Shown here: in pieces, positions 46,021 through 61,200 of the stretch
Numbering within the stretch: the first letter of the stretch is position 1
How the letters are laid out: the number at the start of each line of letters is the position of its first letter
NCBI RefSeq assembly: GCF_009914755.1
Contig: NC_060942.1
Origin: the human T2T-CHM13v2.0 reference genome, Homo sapiens
Length of the DNA: 64,000 nucleotides
Direction: 5' to 3' (one strand)
The notes under the pieces: generated by a model
Database searches by the model: none
What the model was told of the DNA's origin: nothing
Seen by the model: only the letters and a program-made list of their open reading frames with translations
Translations under genes and position numbers: made by a program

Positions 46021-47699
46021 CACCTTAAGCCCAGTAACACTGTGATTCTCGCAGACTTGCACAGCTACCACCTTGATGGTCCTGGACAACATCTGGGAGA
46101 ATTGTCTGGATTACCAGCAGAGACTCTTGTTCTCCTCCTTTACTTTCTTCCAAAAAAATGGAGTCTTTCTGTTTTGAGTGTCCTGAAGCTGGGGTGGAAT
46201 GACAGTAACACCCCTGTTGCCACCATCACTGTGACTGCTGGGTCAAACCTGAATCTAGCACAGCATTGAGTATTGCCCAAGGCCTGCTGTCACCACTCCC
46301 TGGCTACTGCCTGTTTTCAGTCAAAGGCCTGAGGCTCTACAATCAGCAGTTGGCAAAGCCTGCCAGGCCTGTGTCCTTCCCTTTAGGGCACTTCCCAGAT
46401 GTGTCTAGATGTGGTGTCTGGGAGCCAGGGAGTAGAGCCAAAAACCTTAGAAGTCTACTTGGTGTTCTATTGTACTGAGGTTGAGCTGGCACTAAAAACC
46501 ACAAGACACAATCCTCCCCACTCTTCCCTCCCCTTTCCAAAGGCAGAGGAGACTCACCCTGTGGCCACTGCCATTACAGGTCCACAAGAAGTACTGCCAG
46601 ACTGTAGCCAATGTTCCCTTAAGGCCCAACAGCTCTTCAGTCAGCTGGTGGTAAATTTTGCCTGGCCTGAAACCCACCCTTCATGGCAGTAGGCTCCTCT
46701 CTGGCCCAGAGCTGGTCCTGAAGTGCCATCCAAGAGCCAAGTTCAGAAATCAGGAATTCCAAGGGCCTGATTGGTGCTCTACCCACCTGTGGCTGAGCTG
46801 GTACCTAAGGTGCAGGACAAAGTTCCCTTTACTTTTCCCTCTGTTTTTCTCTAGCAGGAGTCTAGCCCTGTGGCACCACATCTGGGAATGTGCTGAGTCT
46901 CATGTGAAGCCAAGAAGTCTCAGAGCCTCATCCAAGGCCCTAGGGTAGTACCTGTGTATCACTGCTGGTTATTCAAGGCCCAAGGGCTCTTCAGATAGCA
47001 GGTAATGAGTCCTCCCAGGACTGGGTCATTCCCTTCAAGGCATCAGGTCCCCTTCTGGCCCAGGGCATGCCTATAAATGTCATCCTGGAGTTAAGAGGGC
47101 CTTCAACTCTGACCAGTGCCTTATCCTGCTGTGGCTGAGCTAATATCCAAGATACAAGACAAAGTCCTCCCCACTCTTTACTCTCCTCTCAAGCAGAAGG
47201 AAAGGGTCTCTTTTAGAGCTACGAGCTGTGCAGCCTGGGATTAGGGGAGGGGTGATGTCAGCACCCCGTTACCTGCCCCAACTGGTGTTTTTGTGGGTTG
47301 TGTGTCCCCCAGTCTGCTGTCTCTGTGCCCAGTTCAGCACTAGGACTCATGTAAAAGTTGCAGTCCTTGTGGCCTAGACTGCCTTTCAAGTTTATTACAG
47401 CCCCAGGGCACAAAGATAAATATGATATAGTCTCTGTCTTCAAGTTTAGTAAATGGAAAATAAACATACCTAATATAGTGTGAAACGTACAAAAATTGAA
47501 GTTTAAAATTAATTATGTTAAGCAGCAAGATGAATGGTTATTTGTATTTTATAAAAGGGCAGAATTAGAAAAGAATTAACAGGCTTTGTAGAAATGATGA
47601 AATTGGTCATCAAGGACAAATAAGAGTTTGTTAGCTGAACAAAGGCTAGTAGGTGACAGTGTCAAGGTTAAGAGAAGAAGGTGAGAAACAGCATGATGT

Positions 47700-48150
47700 G
47701 AGTATTAGTTATCCATTGCTGTGTGGCGATATCATCATAAATGTGACAGCCTAAAGTATCACTCATTTATTAGCTCACTGTTTGGTGGGACAGGAGTCTA
47801 GGAGTGGTTTAGCTGAGTTCCCTGCTTCAGGGTCTCAATCTTGCAATCCAGATGTCAGCATGAACTGCTTTCTTATCAGAAGCTTGCATGAGAGAAAGAT
47901 CCACTTCCAAGCTCACTCAGGTTGTTGGAAGAATTCACTCACTTGGTGCTATAGACTTGAAGACACTAGTTGTGTCTGGCTGTTGGTTGGAAGCTGCCTG
48001 CATTTCCTAGAGGTCTCAACAGTTTTTTGAGATATGGGCTCCCCAAACATGCCTGCTTACTTTATTGAGCCAGCAAAAAAGGTAGTCTTTTTGCAAGACA
48101 TAATGTAACATAATTCCATAAACTTAATCACATGTATGTAATCACATGCA
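47700..48150 (-). mobile_element. MLT1 (D/E/F-like) LTR relic
   Basis: 'tattagttatccattgctg', 'atccacttccaagctcactcaggttgttggaagaattca'. Confidence 0.75.
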
Positions 48151-49549
48151 CTTAAAGGATATCTGTATTATGGCTGCAATACCATAATATATACATAAGA
48201 TGAAACATTTAGATATAGATAGATTGATAATATATGTATGAGTCAAATCATAAAAAGCCCAAGGAACTTGGACTTTATATTTAAGTGATAAGGAACTAGT
48301 GAAAGATTTGAAGAAGAATATTAATATATATTAATATAGTAATATATTAATATGTTCACATTTGTGTTTTAAATAGCTCAGTTGAGCAGGCACTGGAAAG
48401 ATGAATTTGAAAACAGTGAGATTAGTTGGAAAATGATTTAAGTATCAACTGTAAAGAATGAGTCACCTCACTTAACAGTATTAAGTTCACTGAAAATAAA
48501 TAGAAATTTCCTACATATGGAACAGCAGGTAGAAACTGGAGCTTTACCCTCTGTAACCTGATTGTTTCCTTGGAGATATTCTCCCAGTTCCCTTGCCAGC
48601 ACTCTTGTCCTAGGTAGGGTATGGTGCTCTTGAAAAATATCTGTGAAGTAAAAATTCTACTAGTTTCCTGCCTTACAGGAGAAAAGGCTGGAATATTTAA
48701 ACATTTCCTTTAGAAATACAGGGCATAACCTGTGGAGAGTGAAGGAGATTAGAAGGGCAGGCTAAACATTTAAAGGAGATGAGGAAATCAACACTAAAAG
48801 CAGGTTAGAAAAAGAAAGCCCAGTGAAAGAGATCAAGGAGAATGAACACTTGACTTGAACAGAGAGATATTGGATAGCAGTATAAGGAAGTTTGTTTAGG
48901 CAGTCTGACTGAAGTACTGAGCATTTCAATTTATGAAAATTTATTCAATGAAGTTAGGGCACATTTTAGATTTTCAATAAAGGAATGTTGTGCTAAAAGG
49001 TTGTAGGAAGAGTAGCTAACCAAAAATGTCAGATGGATTACACGGAGGGAAGTCTATAGTTTGAAAGACTAAACATGTAGATTATTCATGTGTTTTATAC
49101 CAAAGATGGTAAAGGTAGTGATAATGGAAATAAAGAGAGAGTAAATTTAAAATCCCTAGAAAAAATAAACATTAGTACATACTGACAAAATGGAAGTAGA
49201 GGATTTAATAATAGAAAACATTAAAGATGAAGTCTAAGTTGAACTCTATTTTACGGTTCTGTTAGTCCACACAAATAGTCGGGAGTCTGAAACAATTTGT
49301 GGAACATAAATGCAACACAGAGTCAAAATTAGAGCATGAGTAAGGTCAGGAACCCCAACAATTGCTTTTTTTTTTTTTTTTTTTTTGCTTTCTGCCCAAG
49401 TGTCTTCTTCAAACACTAGGCTAAAAATTTACTGGTTTTGCAACTAGCAAAGGTTAAAAGGTACCTCTCCAGACTCCTAATTGCTATTCAAACAAGTTTC
49501 CTTAAATCTTCTTAAATTTAAAATGGTTTAAAAATATAATTAGAGTGTT

Positions 49550-52330
49550 TACATTTCCAGTAAAGGAAGACTGGCTTCCTGCTGATGAGTTCTCTAACTC
49601 AGATCAACTATAATTGCTGGAAATAAAAAACATAAGTGCTATAATCAAAGAACTAACAAGACAGCAAGGACTTGAAGTGTAAAGATCTCAGAGAGAAAGG
49701 AGAAACATATTCTCACATAGGTTTTAACCAGGCCATTTGCCAAATCAGAAGGAGAGGCTAAAAATCTGAGCACTGATTCCAAAGTTGTAATATCCTGATA
49801 TATAAAAGTTGAAGTGTAGGGTCCATCAGTGAAAAGGGGTTTTTTCACTAGAACCTTGGAAGAGCTGGCTACACTCCAGAAATAGAAGTGAACCACAGAT
49901 AAATCTCCTTTCTAGAAACCCTGAAGCATGCCATGAAGTTAAACTCAATCTCTGATTGTATGAAGGTGATCTTCCCTTGCATAACTGCTTGCAAGAAGTA
50001 AAGACAAAATCTCTCCAGAAGAAGATAACATCAGCCAGAGCCTAAAATTATCAGTATCCAAGATAATTATCTGTAAAATTTTTCATACACGATGTCCAGC
50101 ATGCAATCAAACATAACCAGGAATATCAAGAAATAAGACCACATGACCAAAAAACAAAGGGACATAGAGGGAGAAACAGGGACAGCAAGAGACTGAACCA
50201 CAGGAAATTCAGACATTGGGCTTATCTGAAACAGAATGCGATGTGGTTTGGATCTGTGTCCCCACCAAATCTCATCTTGAATTGTAATCCCCAGTGGTGG
50301 AAGTGGGGCCTGGTAAGAGGTAATTTGATCATGGGGGTGAATTTCTCATGAATAGTTTAGCACCATTGCTCTTGGTACTGTCCTCACAATAGTGAGTGAG
50401 TTCTTGTGAGATCGTGTTGTTTAAAAGTGTGTGGCACTTCCCCCCTCACTCTCTCTTGCTCCTGCTCTGGCCATGTGATGTGCCAGCTCCCCCTTTGCCT
50501 TCCACCATGATTGTTTCCTGAGGCCTCCCCAGAAGTGGGGCAGATGCCAGGACCATGCTTCCTGTACAGCCTGAATAACCATGAGCCAATTAAACCTCTT
50601 TTCTTTATAAATTACCTAGTCTTAGGTATTTCTTTATAGCAATGTGAAAATGAACTAAAACAGACTGTAACATAAGTTTCATAAGTGTGATTAATATATT
50701 CAGAAATTGGATGACAGGATAGAGAATATAGCAGAGAACAAAACACTATAAAATGGATTAAATGGAAGTTTTATATCTCCCCTTAAAAATTCAAGAATGT
50801 GTTCAGTAGCATATTAGATATAGTTGAAGAAAGAATTAGCAGAATGGAAAATAGGCCAGAATAACATGCCCATTCATATTTATAAAGATGAAAGAACAAA
50901 AAAATTTAAAAAGTATTTGAGAACTATGTGACAGTGAAAAGTTCTAACACACATGTAGCTAGATTTTATAAAAGAGAGGACAGAATGAATAGAGCAAAAA
51001 TAGTTTTAAACAGACAGTGGGTGAAACTGATAAATGAGAAACTGATGAAAGATATCAATTTCATATTTAAGAGTGAAAATGTATCCCAAACATGCTAAAA
51101 ATGAATAAAATGCTAAGGTACATCATAATAACACTGTTAAAAATCAAAGACAAAGAAAAATAATAAAAGCAACAAGAGAGGAAAAGCATCTTTCCCTTCA
51201 AAGGAGCAAAAATAGGCTGATTTATTAACTAAAAAGAGAAAGAGAGACCAGAGAACAATTGAATTACATCCTCAAATGCTGAAAGAAAAAGAAGCCAACC
51301 TAAAATCTAAATTTAACCCAGTAAAACCACCAATAAAAATGGAGAAAATTAAAGATATTTTAGGCATGGGAATACTGAAAGATTTGTCACCAGCCAACCC
51401 ATGTTAATGAAAATAATATAATAATTATTTTTAAGGCAGAGAGAAAATAACCCCAGATGGAAGTATGGTGATATAGGAAGGAACAAATAGCAATGGATAG
51501 AGTAAATATGTGGCTAAATAGAAATGAATACTAACTATATTTAGAAATATCACCCCTTACAGTCTTCAAACTCCTACTTCAATACCTCCTTCATAAATCT
51601 CTGCTCAAATAAGGTGTTCAAACTGCATGCAAAAGGCAAAAGAGTAAAGCTTTTAGAAGAATATAGGAGAGTATCTTAAAAAACTTAGAATAGCCAAAGT
51701 TTTCTTCAACAAAAGACAAAAATCACTGACTGTAACAGAAAGAATGAAAAATTGTACTAATTTAAAACTAAATGTAACCAAAAGAATATTTTGAAAGCGA
51801 GAAGGGAAGAAACTGATGGGAGAAGATATTTGAAATAAGTAAAACCCATAAAAGACTCATATCTTGAAGATGCAAATAACTTCTGCAAACCAGGAAAAAC
51901 TCAGATAATGAATAAAGTAGAAAAAATATGAAGAGTTCACAAAAGAAGATGTCCAAAGAGCCAATAAACATGAACAGTTGAGAAACTTCATGAGTCATCA
52001 GGGAACTGCTAATTCAAGTCACAATAGCTAAAGTGAAAAGGACTGACAACAACAGCATATCTTTGTTTGGGCAAAAGAAGCTAGCAGTATTTTCTACTTA
52101 TATAAATTTCACAAACTTTGTGATGTTGGAAATCAGATTAGTTGTTACATCTGGGAAGGAGATGGGGAATATGATTGGGAGTGGATGCGAAAGAGACTTC
52201 TAACATTCTGGTATTGCTCTAATCCTGGTGGTACTAACATTGATATTTTCACTGTTATAATTCATCTATTTGTACAGTTACATTTTGTGGTTTTTCTGTA
52301 GGTATTACATATTTTAATAAAATGTTTGAA
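49550..52330 (+). mobile_element. Ancient L1 (L1M/L1ME-like) 5'/ORF1 and 3' fragments
   Basis: A-rich ORF1-like text ('tagttgaagaaagaattagcagaatggaaaatagg', 'aaaatcaaagacaaagaaaaa') and L1ME-like 3' tail. Confidence 0.65.
50239..50662 (+). mobile_element. MST (A/B-like) solo LTR
   Basis: Starts cgatgtggtttggatctgtgtcccc and ends gaactaaaaca; TSD GAATG/GACTG. Confidence 0.92.
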
Positions 52331-52530
52331 AAAATAATTAATAGCTACATAAATACATATTTAGGGTGAAAAAACAATACTTGAAAAAAATTTTTACAAG
52401 GTATGAAATGTCTAAATAAAATATTTTCTAACTGGTAAAGTGCAGCACTAGCCACCACTGGATAAATTTAAATCATCTTTATTTCCCTGTCCTCATAGTT
52501 ATAAACATTATTTTATTAAAAAGTAAGATT

Positions 52531-52792
52531 TCCAGCACTTTGGGAGGCCAAGGTGGGCGGATCACAAGGTCAGGAGTTCGAGACCATCCTGGCTAACACG
52601 GTGAAACCCCGTCTCTACTAAAAATATAAAAAATTAGCCAGGCTTGGTGGCACATGCCTTTAATCCCAGCTACTTGGGAGGCTGAGGCAGGAGAATCGCT
52701 TGAACCCGGGTGGCAGAGTTGCAGTGAGCTGAGATTGCACCATTGCATTCCAACCTGGTGACAGAGCAAGACGTCTTCTCAAAAAAACAAAC
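52531..52792 (+). mobile_element. Alu (AluS-type), 5'-truncated by ~30 bp
   Basis: Begins at 'tccagcactttgggagg'; imperfect TSD aaaaag(ta/ct)agatt. Confidence 0.93.
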
Positions 52793-55479
52793 AAAAAGCT
52801 AGATTGCCTACTATTATTCCCCTACATATTCATGCAGTTAGTTATGTCATCATCACTATTATAATATATAGACTTATAATATTTTATTCTGTTCTTTGAT
52901 AATTTTCACAGTTGTTAGCTTTGGTTTCATATGAAAATGATTTAATGCTAAAATCCATCTCTTTATCATAGCTTTGGCAGTCAACTCTGGTGTTGATTGG
53001 CATTTATTCTCAATGAGTGTTTTTCAAGAAATATATTTATAGATACTATAAATTTTTAACTATTGAATATTTGAGAGTATGTGTCTCTTGATCTTTGAAT
53101 AGTAACTTTCTGGGTAAAATTATCTTTCATTAAAATTTTAGACTTTTTTTATTATCACATTATTGAATATGGTAGTAACTCTATCAATTGTATGGGCAAT
53201 CTTTTGTTCAGATGCCCATGCAGTTATTTCTTTATTGTTAAAGTCCAGCAACTTTACTAAACTACCTACTGATATGTATTGTTTTGTATCACTGTACACT
53301 TTTTCTCTTTTCCTCTATATCAGGGAAATTTTCCTCTACATTTAAAAAATATATTTATCTTCTATCTTTTCTCTTTTCTTTAATGACAGCAGATGCTGAG
53401 TTGTCTGAAGCTCCACATCTTTGCCTATAGTTCCATTTATTTCTCTCAACATTTTAAACATTATGTTCTTTTCCGTTTAATTTTTCATGAGTGTTTCAAG
53501 CCCATCCTTCAGCTTTCTATGTTTCCAATGATGTTTACGCTGATTGCTATGTCTTTGATTCATTATTCGTTTCTATAATGGTTCAATTTTATCTTCATTT
53601 CTTTTAAAAGAACTCTACCAGCTCATTAAAAACTTATTGTGCAACATTTCATACATAAAATGATGATTTAACAAGTAAATGCTAAGTTTACGCAATAACA
53701 AAGATAATAAAACATGTATTTACCAAACATCCTGCTTAAGAAATAGATCCTAACCAGGACTTTTGAGGCCCTGACTTTTGAGGCTTCCTTTCATTCCTCT
53801 ACATCAGATGATCTGGATCCTAAAATTACAGACAACCATTCTCTTCTTGGTCTTTAATTTTTAATTTATTGTTTTTAAATGCATCAGTGTGTTATTTGTA
53901 CGTTTTTGGGTCTTATTTAAGAATCCCTCTATGACTCCGAAGTCAGTTAATACAGCGAACAAAGGTAATAGTCTGTAGAATGTCCAGAGAATTAGCTCTC
54001 TTTAGACTCTACTGAGACAGAGAACAGGAGTCACTTAGGTAATATAAGGCCCTGGGCAAGACAAGGAACATATATTTTCGTCTATTCCACGGGAATGCAA
54101 ACTGCTTCTAATCCTCTTTCTGGTCATGAATTTAAAAGAATGTATTTACCACATCAGTAGCCACATATGAGAAGTTCCAGAGGCTGTGCCCATCTGTTTT
54201 CGAGATTACATCTGCCACAGCATCTGTAACTGCGAATCCAACTTAGTTAAGCTTCTGGTATCCCACCATTACCCACTGTGAACTAACTGGCTTTTCTGGG
54301 GTCAGGCTGGTGAGTTATGTGGTTATATTGTTTAGTTAGTATAACTTAAAATAATACATAATTTATACATGAGTATAACAGAAACATTTGTTTACTATAT
54401 ATAATAAACTATATTATCTGCCTAAATTTGAGGAAATACAAATACATGCTAATATAGTCTAAATAAATATACATTTCTAAAGTACTTAGAATACTTGCCA
54501 CAAAGTAAGCACTCTGTATTACATAAAAACCAATTATGATGATAGAAATACAATTCATGGTAGAATGTGATAGGCCAGATTTCTTCAATTCAAAACTATA
54601 CATTTTCTTTTCATCTGTTATCTTTTCTGAAATCTGAAAGTATACATATAATATGTGAATCTTTCTCTCCATGTAAAATTGCTATTAAGTTGTTGGTACA
54701 CATTACAATTTACTAATATGACTAGAGGTGTAAAAATTTTTTTCACATTTCTGTTGGCTTAAAACTTTTTATTCAAATAAAAATCTGTTAAATGTATGTT
54801 GCCAAATGAATTCAGATTTTTCCATAACTATGTCTATTTTCTTATACATCAAGATATATTAGTATTAAATATTAGTTTCACAAATTTATATTTAAATAAC
54901 TTTGCATAATTATGATACAAAAGAGATGATGTAAAAATTGCATGACATTGAAATGAAATAATCTTCAGTACCTTTAATGAAAAGTAGAAAAAATACATAA
55001 AAGTTAAATTGTATATTTGAATTTGATTCCTTTAAAGCTTTGCTGATAATGTAGTTTGTCTTTAAGAAGTTGTGAATATAACATAGAATTTTCATTGAAA
55101 GTGTCCTAAGAGATCTACATTCAACTTTAAAAAAATTGACAAATGAAAAGCAAAGAAATATGATAACTGATTTTTCACTTTAACTCAAAATTTAGTTTGC
55201 TTTTTAAAGAATATTATGTTTTCTAGTACTGCTTGCTCATTCTTCTTTGTTTAACATGCTGTGAACATTTAAGATGTACAATTTAATAAATTCTGCCTAG
55301 GATATTTATCGTATGTCCACTTTTCTCACTTCAGTATCATTTTCATACAGCAGCTTGAGCATTTTATAACTAACAATTTGTATTAGTGCTGGTTACAAAA
55401 GAAAAATAACATTTTAAATGCATTTATACCTATAAATTTTACATCGAGTATAGAAAATGTACCTATATGCAGTTCTTAC

Positions 55480-55670
55480 ATACAAGACATGGTTCTAAGC
55501 ACACATAACTCACTAAATCATTCCAACATCTCAATGGCTTTGGTACCATTAGTATTCCTATTTTATAGATAAAGAAGCTGGCATTATAGGATTCAGGAAC
55601 TTGATCATGGTCTCAATACTTTGAGCACTGGCAGTTTGTCTTCAGAATCCAAGTTCTACTCCACTATATA
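55480..55670 (-). mobile_element. MIR
   Basis: 'attcctattttatagataaagaagctgg...aacttgatcatggtc'. Confidence 0.7.
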
Positions 55671-56381
55671 TAACTCCTTTGCAGAAGAGAGCTCATATTT
55701 TTTGCATATACATCAGTAAAAAATGAAATTATGTATGTAATTAGCAAGTGGTAAGAATTTTCAGACATGCTGTTTGAAACAGGGTTGGAAAGCAAATAGT
55801 GAAACTGGAAATGTTGTATATTAGAAGATGCTAAGTATTAAAAATGCAATGGAGAAGTTACTGTTAACTAAAGAAGCATCTTATTCCTTGGGTTGCTTAG
55901 TAACCAAGAATTTGGAAGGGAGCAAGGTAGTGGACTGCAATACCCACAAGTGGATGCTGAATTTGGCAAAAGAAAAAACATGGAGAACCTCTGAGCCAGA
56001 AAGCTCTTCCTTATCTCAGGATGAATTTATTCTGTGTTCTGAAATGCATAAAGTTGAAGAATCCACAAGTGATTTGTGTGATTGGTCAGGATTGGGAACT
56101 ATGGCTCCCCATTATCCACAGTTTCACTTTCTGTGGCTTTATTTACCCAAGGTCAATAGCATTCCAAAAACAGTAAATGAAAATTCCAGAAGTAAACCAT
56201 TCATAAGTTTTCAACTGCCTTGCAGCTCTGAGTAGCGTGATGCAATCTCGTGCCATCCTGCTGTGTCCTACTGGGATGTGAATCATCCTTTGTCCAGCCT
56301 ACCCACGTGGTCTACGCTCCCCACCCGTAGTCACTTAGTTGCCCTCTCAGTTATCAGATCAAAAAAATATATATGTATACA

Positions 56382-57380
56382 CAGCAGGCCCTCAAATAAT
56401 GTTTCATTCAATGTCGTTTTGTTATTTGATGTTGCTGAGAAAAAAAAAAAAAAAAAGGATTCCTGGCTGGGGCCACCATCTGTGTGGAGCCTTTCTCCCC
56501 ACATCTACATGGGTTTTCTGGGTAGTCTAACTCCCTTTCACATCCCAGAGCTGGTTCATTCGGTTCACTGGCATGTCTACATGGTCCCCATGTGAGTGAA
56601 TATGGGCGTGAGTGTGCCCTGTGATGTGATGGCATCCCGTCCAGGGCTGGCTCCTGCCTTGTGCCCTGAGCTCCCGGGACAGACTCCGGCCACATGGAGA
56701 CACCAACTGGGAAAAGCAGGTTGGAAATGAATGGATGAATACAAATTATTGCAAGATAAAAATTCCTCATCTACAATAATCATACAAATGCAGAACAATA
56801 AACAATGCAGTAGGAAAGCTCTCCTCGAACCGGCCGTATGTGTTGGATTTTGTTTTTGAAATGCGTGGTAGAAGGAGGTGCTCCTTGCAATTTTCACTCT
56901 GCAGACAATTCTTCCTTGATTTAACCCACCACCACGACCAATGTCACACACTGATTCACCAAAAATTCGGTAATTTTCTTAGTTTTTGTTATTATTATTA
57001 TCTTAGACATGGAGTCATACTCTGTCAGCACAATCATAGTTTACTGAAGCTTCGACTTCCTGGGCTCAAGGAATCCTCCCATCTCAGCCACTGCAGTTGC
57101 TGGGACCACAGACATGTGCCATCATGCCCAGCTTGTTTTTATTAGTTTTTCTTAAATGTAAGTATAGGCAGTTACTTCAATGTTTAATATTAGAAGTGTT
57201 TTGCTCTTTATTTAGAAGTTTGGTGATGTTTTTGTGACCAGAAATATGACCTAGGAACTTAACTCTTGTTTATATTAATTAGCCCATGATAAAATTGGTT
57301 TCATAATACCTCATTTTGCTTAAAGTTGCAGTTTCCAAAAACATATCAATGACTTTATTGTAACTCTTGAGGACTTATTG
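56382..57380 (+). mobile_element. MER6 (Tigger-type DNA transposon relic)
   Basis: Ends cagcaggccctca / tgaggacttattg + TA; internal 'tgtgccctgtgatgtgatggcatcccgtccagggctggctcctgccttgtgccc' V-SINE-like domain. Confidence 0.8.
56983..57135 (-). mobile_element. FLAM/AluJ monomer nested in MER6
   Basis: 'cctgggctcaaggaatcctcccatctcagcc...tgggaccacagacatgtgccatcatgcccagct'. Confidence 0.8.
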
Positions 57381-57769
57381 TATAGAATTTGGTTCTATTC
57401 ATGGTTTCAGGCATCCACTGGGGACCTTGGGTATATCCCATTAGATTAAAGGGAAACTGCTGTACTGGCATGGAGGGCTGTGATTGACAGCCCATTCCGT
57501 AACATGGTATATTGAATAAGTTCAAAATCATTAAAATGAACCATGGAGATCTATGCAACCTGGTGTGTCTCTAGCCTCAAGCTCACCGTTTTGGCCTCCT
57601 TTCTAAGGCTCCTGCCCTTTCCACACCTCTGATATCCATTGCACCCAGCACTTGTCACCCATGGCTTTTGTTGATTTCAGTCTTCTCCTTATAATGCTAC
57701 CATTGGCTCTCTTACTCCTTTCCCTGGCTATTACTCATCTCATTTCATCTTATCTAGTTCAAGTCCTCA

Positions 57770-58020
57770 AGGATGTGACAGCCTCCCTTAGTTACTCCCT
57801 ATATTTATTCCATCATTGCTCATATCAATACTAACTGCATAATCATTTATGAGATGATTTATCTAATATGTTTCTCCTACTGGCCTGTAACCTCTGTGAG
57901 GGAAGAAATTTGGAGTCTGTTCTGTTCACCCTTGTAGTTCCTAGTACTTAGCACAGTGCTAGGTATGTAATCACCACCCAATAGATATATGTAAATGAAT
58001 AAATGAATGAACAAATGACC
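57770..58020 (+). mobile_element. L2 3' end
   Basis: 'cctctgtgagggaag...cctagtacttagcacagtgctagg...aatgaataaatgaatgaa'. Confidence 0.8.
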
Positions 58021-58959
58021 ATTTTATGGCTGACAACATGATTTTTACTGAACTACTAACCTGTTCTAAGGGCCACATATTACTCATCAAGGTGGTAACT
58101 CTAAAGTAAGATTACCATTGCTTATTGCCAGTTAGGGGATTACTAGTGATTTCTCTCAACTCCATGAAGCAAAGAGTTTTAAGGATTTGTTAACGTTCTT
58201 TCTTTTCCCTTTCCTGATTCAGAAAGATTGACTACAAAAACTGAGAGTAATGTTAATGATACAATTTTATTGAAATTTAAATATCAAGAAAGCAAAGTTT
58301 TGTACTTCAATCGCTTCTCTTCCTTGACTTGATAGGTCATTTAAAAAATTGTCTTGTGCTTGCCAGTAACTATATGATGTAGTGCAAATAAATAGCAACC
58401 TCCACTGTTAAAAAATAAAGTTGTCAGTTTTACATTGTCAGGCAGCAATCATTAGCAAAAAGTTACAGTGATAGAGCTTCAATCTTTGAAAAACCAATGG
58501 ATTTGTAATAACTTATATATACCAAAAGATGCCCCTTAAAAAATAACAAGTTATTCTATAATAAAATGTGATAAAGAGGAGAGACAACAATCTATAGGCA
58601 CTAAAGCAATTTTAGAAGTAGTTGTTAAATTCTAGAAACTTAATCTTGTTTTCTGAATGTTTCTAATATTATAAAAAAGGAACGTGAACAAAATAGAAAA
58701 TTAAGTACTCATTTTTACTGTGATGTTTACTGTAATGACTCATTATGACATCTGTTGAAATGAATGGATTAGGTATTTTAATAACTTTATCTCCATATGT
58801 TTTAAGATGTTTGTGCCTTTACATTCAATATTTATCTAGGCATTTCAAATAACTTGTTCTGGCTCTTGTAGGCAAGGATATGTAGATAATGTACATTTAT
58901 ACTGTAGAATGCTAAATATTTAACCAAGTTTTTATAGCATATGATTTTAAAAAACAATT

Positions 58960-61200
<2,241 letters not shown>

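Larger units (their letters stand above)
36677..47404 (-). mobile_element. Near full-length degenerate L1 (L1MA1/2-like) with four nested insertions
   Basis: L1MA2-type 3' end ('tttgatacaggcatgcaatgcataataataacatcatggaaaatggg'); ORF2 remnants (DPAIPLLGIYP; LFHKWCWESW); ORF1 remnant (ENFPNLEKDINIQIQE); GC-richer 5' region 46025-47404; possible degenerate TSD aggacacagaaat/agggcacaaagat. Confidence 0.93.
56099..57462 (+). mobile_element. MER44A (Tigger7-derived), split by MER6
   Basis: Left part 56099-56381 ('gaaaattccagaagtaaaccattcataagtttt'); right part 57381-57462 ('ggtttcaggcatccactggggaccttgg...gggaaactgctg' + TA). Confidence 0.85.

Noticed and set aside
48318-48337. 20-bp perfect AT-only palindrome
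   Set aside because: Expected in low-complexity AT-rich DNA; far too short for a PATRR.
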